Source: Catajapyx aquilonaris (lineage: Eukaryota). Taken from it: DNA of 64,000 nt. Shown piece after piece: positions 22,578 to 34,995 of the stretch (position 1 is its first letter; each line of letters opens with the position of its first letter). The position numbers were made by a program, and so were the translations under genes. The stretch lies in NCBI GenBank assembly GCA_000934665.2, contig JYFJ02000861.1:1-64000 (forward strand). Direction: 5' to 3'. The notes beneath the pieces were generated by a model. The model did no database searches. It saw only the letters and a program-made list of their open reading frames with translations, and was not told where the DNA came from.

Positions 22578-25500
22578 TATTAAAATACTGTATATTAAGA
22601 TATATATTAAAATATATTAAAATACCGTATATTAAGATATATATTAAAATATATTAAAATACCGTATATTAAAATATATTAAAATATATTTATTAAATTT
22701 AAAATAATATTAGTTATTAACCTTTATTATTTTTATTACACTCTACATTGTTTACAATTAGCAAAGCGGCCAAAAGTATTAAATAGCGACGACGAAGATG
22801 ACTGCAGGCATTTTGATCCGATGTGGACGATTACTTTTAGGGTATATAGATGGAGTGCATTTCTGTTTTATCTCAGCACAGTTCAAACTTAGACACTGCA
22901 CATAATGGAGGGATTTAAAACTGGGTATAGTTGATCACTATCAGCTGGTGATATTATGATTCTTCATCTCACGTCATTAAAATTATCAGCAAGAATTCAC
23001 AGCCTGTAAAACAAGGTGCCGCTAGTTCGCATAATGTACTCATAATGCAGCAGCATTATACCGATTTTATGTTAATTTCTATGCAAGTTAGGTATTACAG
23101 TACACTGCATGAGCTACGTAACACAGCTGTTGACGCTGAAGGTCTTAAGTGTTCAAATTGTATTTAGCAGTTTCATTTAGATTTTAGAGAATTGGTTTTA
23201 GTGAATGCTTTCCTCTGATGTGCATATCAATAATTTCGTTTCATGTAAAGACTGGGTTCCTTGAAAGTACACATTCAACCCAAGACTCGTGTATCGTTGT
23301 TATTAATATGGTTGACTGCAGCTTATGAATAAGTAATGCCAAGGATAACCCGCAGGCTAGATACAGTGCAACCTGTGTTTTAAAGCAATATGAAACTTTT
23401 CCGTCGAGTTTTGGTTCATGCCTCCAGGAAAATTTTGAAATTTTAAAAGCTGGCAGATATTGGCTGGGGAAGTATGCCATTAAAATACAATTGTTACGCA
23501 TTAAGATAAAAGATAAGGACAATAAAATAACTTCGATAAATACATTACATGAGAGTAAATTTTTTTGCACCTGTCCTTTCAAGCTGAATAATAAGGTTTT
23601 TGCTACTTTGCATGCTTCTTGCACATTTTTGTGCGAGGAAGACTTTCTTTCTGGCTTCCAGATCAGGTGAAGATCGATAGTAGAAAGTCAGAGAGGCGTC
23701 TCGATTCTCTCCCAATTCGGTTTAATCCATCCGGTGAAGTTGATCCGGGATCTTTCATTAGCAAGTTGGCGGCGGAGAAAGGGTCCTTTTCAAAGGTAAT
23801 TAGACTGCTCCTTTCGAATTTGCTTGGTGGATTCATCCACAGTCCCGTCGTCTGCAGTAGAATTTTCCTATTTTCTTCTTCTCCCCATCCACTTGCAGTC
23901 TCAGCAATAAAAAGAGCCCTTGCGTCGCGGCTCCACAGGGGAAAACCAAGAACTAAGGCCTGAAATACTACCTGCAATTCAGGCTTCTTTTCCAGTAAAC
24001 TCACACCATATAGCGCGCACTTTTTTCCCTGACTTGTGCCCCAAAAGAAACTCTAGCACTTATTCTGTGAGTTACAACTGTTTGAAAAAGACCCCGCAGA
24101 CTTGAATTATTTTTTGTTCAACTTTTTTTTTTGCGAATAAATGAAGTACTAACACAGCAATTAAAAGTCTAACATTTGTACAAGTTTCCTATAGTAGGAC
24201 TCTACGCATATCTTGATTAATTAGCATCTTCCTGATGGGTAAACAGAATAGCTCACCTTGTTGTTGGAGAGTACAGTAAAGTTGGAGTATCAGCTAGGTA
24301 GCGTGCTCCTTGGTTGGAGTCAAGCTAATCTGTTTATCTTAAACGCCATATAGTCTGCCGTGACATTGGGTTGGAAGTACATCGATTAATCTGGGCATGG
24401 ACAGATTTGAAAAATTTAGTGCCACGTGAAAAAGTCTTTTGCGGTGCATTTTCGTATTCTAAACTCTGGTGGCATCTCATAAGTCACCGATGTTCGTGCC
24501 TATAAGCTCGAAATATTAGTCGGCACAGGACATTATCGCCGTGCCAAAGTTTCCCATCGTCCCCAAAGCGAAGGCGCAGCAGGAGAGGCTGGGTGGGAAC
24601 AAGGCTGAAGACAAAGTAACCCTCATAATCCAATTAAAACCCTGAGCCCACTAATTGGTTTTAAAAGGCAAGCTATTCGTGGAGCGGGAAAAATTTGTCC
24701 TGGAGTCCCGACCGTACAAGGAAATCGCTATTCCGATATTTCTTTTTTTGTCATTTTGTTTTTGAATGCATTTTGACTCATTTCGCCTAATATCCCGGGA
24801 ATAAAGCGACGTAGAATCCTGCAATGAAAAGGAGAGATGTCGTTCCTTTTGTGCTCTCACGCCATTTCGTTGTGCCTATTCACACAGTCTTTGCATACCA
24901 CTGCCGTCTGAATCCACCGCACGGTTTAATTTGCACCGCCACGTTGAGAATAAAGTGCGAAATAACTCGCAAAATTCATTGAGCTCTAAGGGGGAAATTG
25001 CGGAACATTCCGCTCACATGTGTCTGACGATCTTGAAACGGCAGGTAAACAACATGAGCTGCTTTATAGAGTAGACGTTAGTGGTAAAATCCGCAGTGGG
25101 CAAAGACGGACATCAGAGGGTCAAATGTGGCGTGTTGGCGTGCTGGGAAGAAGGGGCTGGCGTGATGATCGGCACACGAACTGGACTCACCCGATCTTGT
25201 ATACGGGGAAAGGAAGAAGTCCTTTGGGATTAGACCAGGTCGTTCTTTCCATGCGTCTCAGTACGTTGAGGAACTCGGAATTCCAAAAGGACCTAGACCT
25301 GGAAATGGGGTTGAAAACAGGACCGAGCCGGCATTTCTTGTAACATCTGTATAAAATCTTGACAAGTATCATAGCGCCTTCTTTATGGGGGATGGAGGAG
25401 GTCGGGTGGAAACTACCCCCTTTCGTCTATTTTTTTTTTTTTTTGAATGATTTATTTGGCTGAATTATAATGGTCGTTTCTGAATGTTTGACTGCAGCAG

Positions 25501-28500
25501 CCGGGGGACCTGTTATGGACGTCATTTTTCTCATTCGCTTTCTCGCTTAACTCACAAAAAATCCCTCGAGTGATATTAGAGCTGGAAAAAGGATAAGGAG
25601 AACGTGTTGCCTATTCCCTACTCCTTTTTTGTTTGATTGGAATGAAAGTAGTAACGTTTCATTAGTGCTGAAGATATACACTAACTGCCAAGTGTGCGTG
25701 ATTAATGGCTCTGTAGTACAAGTTGAGATTGCAGTCAACAGCGGAAGATGCCGTGACTGCTGGTTTTACTGTCTACTTGTTTTTTCAAGAAGATGGTTAT
25801 TGCATATACCGGTATGTCTGGTGTGATTGCTTTATATCAGGGAGATTTACAACTGCAGGCTTTACTCACTTGATATTTGTTATTACTTTGTATTCGCCTC
25901 TATATAGGTGCAGTTCTTGCGTAGGACAATTCTTGTTGACTACATGACTGGTATCGATTATTGAATGTGCCCTTTTCTACACTTTTATTGCAATACGCAC
26001 TCTGGAGTGCCATAAAAATAGAGCTGTATACTGTACATTCAATATGTGTTACAATCAGATATTTTTTTCTCCAGCGACCATAGAGAGATTTTCTAGAACA
26101 AAAGTGTACGGACTTGGCCCATTTCCCTTGTAGGCTCATGTTTTCATGGAAACAAAGGCTGACTATTTGGTACAATACTTTCCATCCAATTGACAATAGT
26201 AGCAGATTTGCTGATCCATTAACTTTACCTATGCACTGTGTATCCGTTTGCAGGCTTTGTCCTCCATCAATAGGACCTTCATCAAAATTGTAAATTGATT
26301 GCAAATTTTTGTACAGTTTGTTTATTGCAAATTATTTTACCTTATTGTATTTTCCTCGTCTTTTTTCCAACCGAATACCAGTTCTGTGCATTTTATCAAT
26401 ATTGTCTGTTAATCTTTGAGCAAAATGTGATTTAATGAGCAGTTCCAAACTGTATATGACATAATTAGTCCAACGTTATCACAAATTCCTTAATTTGCAT
26501 ACTAGTATACCCTGCTAATGCCAATAATTCTTTATATCTCTGCTGCAGGCCGACCTTTTGCCATCATGTCTTATAAGTTTAATTATGTTTCCCTATCCTG
26601 TGTCTGACTTCACGCTCCGGCACATAAATCTGTAGGCATAATTAATTGTGAGTGACGCAAAGGGAGTAATCACCGTTATTACATGCGCATGAGAAATTCG
26701 AGGCAGAGAGACGTAGAGTCTCGGACAATTCTCAGATAGTAATTCCAGGCTAATGGCTCAGAAAGGGGTGGTTCTACCCAACGCCTTGCGACTAATTGGG
26801 GCATGAATGATCAGAAGAGCAATTGCCACGTGACGTCACCCCGACCCACGGCTCCTGGCACTTTAGCAATGATCAGGTCAAGTGACTTCCTAATTGCCCA
26901 TGCGATCCATCTGACCAATTAGCTTCACCCAAAAGTTTAATGGAGACGCTGCAACGAGTGGAGCCACTAAAAATTATCACACTTTCATGCTGAGGAAAGG
27001 TTATAAATCTATGAAGATGTAATCGCCGGAGAGGAGCAAGGTTCCATCTGCAGTTCGTTTTCCATCCGCCAGGAACGAAATTATGATTTTTTTTTTAAAT
27101 CGATGATATATTTTCCACTTTCGGTCGGATTTCTTTGCTACGTATTTTCCCTTTGAACTACTGTAAGTTACAGCCACCAAAAGCATGGCCATTAATACAT
27201 AAAAAATCACAACATATTCGCATGCATCAAGTAACATAACTACGAGTAGATGACCACTAGATCACCACATACCAGCACCATTAAAATAACTTTATGACAC
27301 AGGGATATGTGTACAGGTACTGTACAGTACTATGGCCGTTACATAATATTTCTATAGCATTTTTATAGAATATTTAGACTCTTCACTGGGATGTGAAACA
27401 GCAGCTGTCATCGCGTGAAGATATAGCACTGGTGTCAGCATTAGCATTCCGATAATGGACGTGCGAGTGCACTGCACAGCGGGCGTTGTATTGCAATTTA
27501 TTAACAGTTTATTTCTCCAACGGGAGATTATCCTCGCACAAAAGCTTCTGCATTTTTGAAATGTTGGTGGTAATTGGCTACCATGTACTGTACTGAGTGA
27601 GCTTTAGCCTGAGATTTCACATCGAGTATTCGAGATTATTTAGTGGTGCAGTGCACTAATCTCCTTGGTTACTGACGTGCTCAGAAAATTGCGCGTAGCT
27701 TGAATTATAGCAGAACAAATGCACGGCTTTGCTTTGTCACCTACTACGCATTAGTACGCTTTTATTCAGTCAAGCTCTTGGTCGTAACAAGATCCGACCC
27801 TTTTAATGACACCTTTAACCCTTGCACGATGCAACCTTTGGTTGTTTCCTCCAGAGACCCGCGACTCGCCGCTGCAAGTATCAGGTTGCACTGTCATGGT
27901 TAACCTGCTGCACAGTGCATTCAATGAAGTGTCTGTGATACTCAAGTTACACGATTCAGTACTGTATTGTACAGTACATATAGGCGTCATATTGGTATAG
28001 GCTAGGGGTTTTAGGTTCAGGTGCTTGCTTTGCAATGCTGATATCCCTGGGATAATGGATAGTTAGCCTACAGTATTAGTAAACCGGGAGTTGAATTTTG
28101 CCAGGCACAAACACTGGCAAAATTTTAAGAAGGTTTAAGAATATGCTGCATATGTTATCCATCTCTCAAATGTTGAATTAAAAATGGTCGAAAAAATTGT
28201 CTGTAATATTTTGTAATAATGAGTTCATTACGTAAGACGATCTCATATTGGTAGAAGGGACTAGCTACCTGGCAAATTGCCATGTAAATGGTTCTATTTT
28301 TTCCCAACAGATTGCTGTGGGAGAAAAATGGTTTTGTGGAGATGTGATATATAGTAAGTTCTGCCGCAGACGTAACTCAAGGAACTTTTTGTCTCGACTC
28401 ACTTATCTTCATAATGATATTTTCTTCATACGCTCTCCATACCGGTTCCGTAAGTTTGAAGATTTGATAGCTCATCTTTTATGGTGAAGAATGAGAGTGG

Positions 28501-30898
28501 GTGAGATTTTTTTTTGCCTTGAAAAAATAAGGTGCTTAGGATAATCGACATGCAGCATGATTGTTCATTATATAGAGTGTGCTCCAGTAATATAAGATTA
28601 GGGGCGTAGTACCTGAGATATGTAGTCATTTCTGTAAGTGTAGATTGCTTGCAGGGAAAAGGTGCAACAGGAGTGCAGAATTGCTTGTGTATGATTTATG
28701 GGCTCGATTAAGCGCCCAAAAATAAACACACGACATTCTGAATAGTTTTCATCTTAACATGACATGGTGCCAATATATTTCTACTGAACATCATGCACAA
28801 TATTCCACTCATATTATATACCGTACTTTTTAAAACGGGCCACATGAGTAATGGGCTACATTCGGCACCGGGAGCAATTTGTAGAGTGTACTGGAATTTA
28901 TCTCAATTTGGACTAATATACTTGCTCGCAACAAATGCAAGCTATATCGAAGCAACTATTGCCGCAGTACGCATACATCAAAATAATATTTGAACACGGA
29001 CCATTATCATTGCGTTTTTGTCACGACTGCGGACTAATGAATGCTGATATTGACTGCAAAAGCGGATAAATTATTTATAAATACCGCGTGCTTGAACGTG
29101 ATAATTAATTATTTGACGACCTAGTGTCACGCCACAATTCTGATATAACGTGATAGGCTCAGAGCTTATTTGGAGCGTCACTTTTGGTTTTCCGCAGTAC
29201 ATTCAGTAATTCCCATCACGTGCTGCCCAATGATTGAACAAAATGAGTCTCTCACTGAGGGATTTGATAGAAAGGAATCGTTCAACCAGCGGGGAAAGCC
29301 TGTTCCCATTAATATAACGGATTATGATGGAGTGGGAAGCACATCTGCAATACTGTCAACCATTATTTTTCTGGACTCGTTTTTGTGTGCATTAGAAATA
29401 GGTCCAGAACGTATTCCGTGACCAAGCCATATTTACATTGTTCATAGAAGAGGTTTTTGACGCCCTATCTGCAGTTTGTGTCAAGCATTTTCGCCATGGC
29501 AACAAAATTGGCGATGAAACGCTTCCTTATACCGCTTGATCAATTCTAGAGCATATGTTGAAAAATAGAACATCAACTGTGGATGGCCGCCAAAGTGCAA
29601 AAAAATAGAGGGCACAAACATCCAAGGTCTTCAGCGTACCCAACTATGTGACCTTTCACTAAGCCGAGTTAGGGCGTCTCATCCATCTTTCTTTTTTTCT
29701 CTCTCTCTTGCTCTTCTAACTTTGCGCCTCCGTGGATATAAGTCATCCTGTACGGTTCCGATAAGATTCCTGCAGCCATCAGAAATGTCAACCGGATGCT
29801 CTACTTAAATTAATGACCTGAAGCTACGATTGGGTGCGGCCAGGTCTTGCACTAAGGGCAAAAAACCCACAACAACTTGGAAGTATTATGAACGCAAATC
29901 CAAGTTCATATTAGCCTTAAAGGAATGGGTGACTTTTCTCCAGGTGGCTTGGATGGATGAAATCATTTTCACGGGTTATAACTCATTTCATAAGTGTTTG
30001 GATCGATTTCAGACCCCCCGCAGAGACTGCGGGCCAAACTTTTCATGATCTTTGGCGGCACTCATGAAAACTTTTCGAAACCTGGAGCGGTTGTTTCGAA
30101 ATTGGAAAGTTTTCTTGCAACCAATATTTCCCCGTTGCAAATAAGAGGTGGTTTAATATACGTACTTCATGCGAGTCATGTTGCATCATTAACTCTTTGG
30201 AGTATGTTCGGCCAAAGTTTTAACAATCAGATTTAACAACAGAGCAAACTCGGCCAATTTTATAATAATGATTAATGAACTCGATGTGGAAAAATGAGGT
30301 TTTTTATTCAAAGAGCTTAACCCCCCTTTCCATTTGCTCATTATTCTGGAGAGGACCGAGTAGACCAATTCCCAAACCTCCTTTATGTGCAGCCATTCGT
30401 CTAGACGTGTCCAGATTGCCCAATCGGACTCCAGAATAATGGTAGAAATTAGTTTGACCACTTCTTGGCTGGGCTAGGATTGAAATTGCGGCTCCCACAC
30501 AGCAGCAAATCAGTGGGCCAAACTTTTGTGTTGGGAGAAACGACCCATGAGTTTTCGACTTAACACTGCCGGAAAGTGCAAAAAAATGCATCCGACATGC
30601 TCCAACCGGGAGATGGCTAGAAGAACGTGACTTGCATGAAGCAGAGGTTTGGATAACGAGTAAGGTGCCTGGGAGGCCATTAAGGTAGTAAGCGCGGTTA
30701 CATATACGGACATCGAAAACGTGTCCGGACTTGAGTCGGTATATACAGAATATTTTTGCACTAGAGGCGAATCGTGTCACGATTTGCGAGTCCAGGGCAC
30801 CCATTGGGAAACCATTTGTAAGGTGTGATACGATTCGCATGGGAGCCTGCTGGACACATTGTGATGGCATGATAACACAAGTGAAGTCATTCTTTCAG

Positions 30899-31117
30899 AT
30901 CCTCAAGTCGGCCAAGCAGCTAAACGTGACTCTGAGGCCTGGGGAGCTGTCGAGTGGACCCATTCCGGTCACGTCGCCTCTTCTTCAACCTATCCAGCAG
31001 AGGTATATGTGGCTGGATCGCCTGGGTCGACCCGTGTCTCCACCGCCCCAATATAACGCCAGCCCATCTCATCGGTGGGGCATCAACAGGCTACTCAAGG
31101 AGAAGAACGTCCGTCAG
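30899..31117 (+). CDS. WHRN: Whirlin exon, PDZ1 end and PDZ1-PDZ2 linker (ILKSAKQLNVTLRP...RYMWLDRLGRPVSPPP...KEKNVRQ)
   Basis: tctttcag acceptor, CAG|gtcaga donor, 219 nt, phase 0 to 0. Contains the Y-x-W-x-D-x-x-GR-x-x-SPP motif of the whirlin/PDZD7 family. Confidence 0.95.
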
Positions 31118-34100
31118 GTCAGAACTTTACAGTGCTATCTTAGACCCCGCTGCTGCGGCACACGCCTTTGAACTGACCAATTGAGTTACTGCTGGCATTT
31201 GAGAAAGGGTCTGTTAGAGGGAGGTTCTGTGAATATGTAGCAGTTCTGTGCATATGGTACCTCATAATCTGTATTGTTTAAGTTGTGTGGACGAGTGTGG
31301 ATGTTTCTCATATATGAAGAGTACTTGCCGGCCATGGAGTATATTTTTCCTGTTGAAACCTGCACGTGCTCTATATGAAGTGTTTTGCATATTAGGCAAC
31401 AGGAAGCTGCTCCTGATAACAGAAAACAGTGCACTGAAACCGTCACCTTTAAAATGTCACCTATTCATTCAGTTTAGCTGTAACACTGGAAACGGTCCAG
31501 TCGCAGGAAGTCCAAAAAGCTGACAGAACAACACTGCCACCCTTGCACGGCTTTTTTGCTGTCTTGTGGGTGGGCTATATAAATGGAGATTTGACACACC
31601 CTTGATCCCAGGTTGTAAAGTGGCCTTACACCGCGCATTTTCCAAAGACCACCATTTGGACAGTGCGGATAGTAGAACACATCCGATAGCAATGGTAACT
31701 ATCGAAAAATTCAAGTTGCAGTCATGAATTAGGTAGTTTGTGAACGATAAGCGAATAGGCAGAATGGGACATATGGTAATACATCTGCAGTGAGTACAGT
31801 ATTGTTTCAGGGTGTTCCATATTAGTTGAAATGTCTGCTTTATTTAACGATTTTTTTTGCACTAAACTGTTTATTGTAATCACGAATCAGTTGCTTTCAG
31901 TGGTTGTCACACCTATAGCGTATATTAGATGTTATTATTATAGGCTGAGGAGACTCGACAGACATCTTCATCCTTTGGTCTCTGATGATGTTTATCTCGT
32001 AGCAAGACTCTAAGGTCTCCGTGAGATCCGGACTTCCGTCATTCCTCCGGTGGCCGAGGTGTGTTTTGAATCTTAAAGGAGATGTATACCAACGGGTACT
32101 TCGAACGCCTCACCTGACGCAAACCTCATACAACACTCTCCCTAACATTCTTCATATCAGATAGAGAGAGAGAAAACTCCCAGTCTCCATTGAGTTATCA
32201 TTTTTCTTCGTTTCCAGGTGTAAAGGACCTTGATACGGCACATGATTCACACATAAAAAGGGGAGTGACAACTCACGGAATACAGTAATTCATCAACCGT
32301 AGAAATCCATTTGTGCATTACGTATTTTTTGGAACCTGGCCATTCAGTTGGTGGTATTATGTTTGGTTTGGTGTCACATGACGGGGATTTGTTTGTTAGG
32401 CTCGCATGCTTCCTCTCCCGTAAAATGTTTTAGTGGTGCAGTGGCAGGAGTAATCATTCAAAAGTGTATCGATAAACACTCTGCAATTGATGCAATCAAG
32501 TACACCATGCCACACCATTTACCTAATGCTAATACCTTAAACACACTCCATCACTACCATCACTACCATTCCATCCCACTCTGGTTTGGAAAGAGACAAA
32601 TAACTCTGTTACATATTTCATAAAGTCTACATCTTAAATTGATGACCGAGAGACGTTGCCTGAAAGTCAAGTTTCAGAACAAGATTTGCGACACGAGCAA
32701 AAAACGGAAGGTGTCGGCTTATATAAGGTATAGATCGGCTGTATAGGACGGCCGTGTGCACATTATTAGGCAATGTAGTGAGAAGGTCCGGTTTTTGTCC
32801 CCTATGGCCTTTACCCTCCCAACAAGTGGGGCTGCCACCGGACTCAGGCGACATCCCCGTAATGGATGTGTAACACGGGGACAGGCCATAAAACGTCTTC
32901 CAGATCTCCTTCCCTCCAAATGGCAACTGCAAGCAAATTGGGAGACTGTAGAGGCCTCTCACACACAAAAAAGGGGGGCAGGAAGGAAAGCAAAACGGGG
33001 CGTAATGGAAACGAGGTTCTTACTTCCGGAGGCCGCTTTTTGGCGCCGGCGTCTTGCCAACGTTTGAGGCCCGCTTGTGGGCAACCGTCCTTTCCGGGAA
33101 ATGGCGAGAAAACGCCGTGTTATTGCCGCCGTGGTGATTACTCGCTGCCACGGACCTTCTTATTATGCGGCCTCCCAGAAAGTTAGGGCCCGCTGTACTT
33201 TCGGCCTTGCTTTTGTAGCCACCTCAACCAGAATTTAAATGCGGGCATTTGTTTATCTCACTGCGGGCATGAGGCAGGGATTTCAAACCATTGCTCTGGG
33301 TTGTCTTAACCGGATTTATACAATATAGCTCAAAGGTCGGCAAGTATACCGGTACGGCATGACAGAGGCGACATCATCACGTTTGTTCCGTTATGTCCCG
33401 CGTTGCAGTTTTGAGAGCGTGACGTTGACAGGTAGATCAGACGGTGTTTTAATTCAGGTTGCGAAAAGTAGGTGCTTTGCCGCCAATCACTAGCCCCCTG
33501 AGCGAGTTCCAGTTGACCATTAGAGCTGGGACTGGCGGGCAGGAAACACTCACACCCCCCTTACTCTGCCGGCATAATAAGCTCTCTGCTTTATTTGCAT
33601 AATGGAGACGTGCTAATGGCGATGACTGTCAGGCAGGGATCGGCTCTTCTGAGCCTCTCACATCTATGGGCCACGTGGATTGCCCTGGTCCCTTTTTTTG
33701 GGGCCATAAATTGGAGCAAACTTGGACCATTTGAATATTTGCTATACCCGAATCGGGCCATCGGGGAGAGTGAAATGAGCGGACTTTTAGACCGGTAATT
33801 GGGCACTAGATGTTTCATTCCTTTAGGCGGGGAGGACTCTAGTGCTAAGCCCGTTTACATGTAAAGCCTGTGGTCGCCACGAGTCGCGACCGCAGTAAGG
33901 AAACAAACGAAACGTGTCCGAGTTGCCGGCGGGGACGAAGCTGAGGACTGGAGAACGACGGTATAGGACCAGAGAATGTGAAGGTCCCAAAGAAACGTCA
34001 TGCGGCGGCCAAATCTCCTAGGTAAAGCGGTCTTTACGCAGCCATGTTCCTGAATAATGGTCGTTCGGTTTGAACCAAGAAGGGTCCTTGGGAAGTGAAA

Positions 34101-34968
34101 GAGAAGAAGTGAGCTAGTTGTTGGCTGCTATCTATAGTTCAAGGGAGGAGTTGGGGAGTCGGACGGACGCTTGCTGGAGTGATTAAAGTGTGGGCGGGTC
34201 GTGGGTCGGCACACAAATCGACACAGAGCGGAATCTACCCTAATTTGATTAATGGCAGGATCGTGGCCGTGGGCGCAATTGATGGAGCCAGGACTCGGCT
34301 GAAGGAAGGAATTAAATAAATTCGTGGTCAGCGAGCTGCGTTATCTTGGACTTAACCCGCACTGACCCCTTTCTCCGGGTCTCTGCCGGTAGTGTGGATG
34401 GATTGAAGCCGATAATATGCCTTCAAGGACAAATCGTGTCATAAATATGCCTCGTTTTGGTCATAATCGTTAGGCCCTGCGACAAACTTTGCGCCGCATA
34501 ATGTCCTCGTCGTGGATGATTCTTACTTGCTACTCACTATCGGAAATTGTTTTACAGCCAGGAAAGTATAGGATATGTAAAATAATGTATTATCATCAAT
34601 CAGACAATACAGTGTTGATTTTTCAGCCGACTTGTTTCATTATAAGGCGGCTTTTTTAAAGCAGTTTCTTACTCTTAACGTAAGCCTGGTAATTATACTG
34701 CACCAGCGGCATCTGTGGTTAGTATTATTGCAATTTCTGCCGACAAGTTGGAATAATGCAGGCTTGATTAAGGCAGGATTAGAGAAGGAATCTCATATAC
34801 CTCTGATTCATAATGTCCAAGTAATGTTTTAGAAGTGAGAATACAGTGTTAGAAAAGCGGTGGAGGTGGCTCTTGCTATTATCCTTACTGTTAAGGGCAA
34901 CACTTCGTGCATGGTCGTTCGCCGGGCAGGTCTAATTGCCAGGATAGCCTCTAGGCTACGGAGTTGGT

Positions 34969-34995
34969 TACTGTACAGTACTGTACTGTACAGTA
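34969..34995. repeat. Stacked TA-CTG/CAG-TA units resembling repeated Tc1/mariner excision footprints
   Basis: TACTGTACAGTACTGTACTGTACAGTA read directly. The footprint origin is inferred. Confidence 0.55.

Noticed and set aside
23619..24004. Overlapping 113-114-aa ORFs on both strands
   Set aside because: No recognisable homology; phase incompatible with the candidate antisense exon ending at 25191.
30490..30847. GGCTCCCA...TGGGAGCC inverted ends with TGC flanks (possible Harbinger-type MITE)
   Set aside because: Only ~8 bp of inverted identity, within chance expectation.
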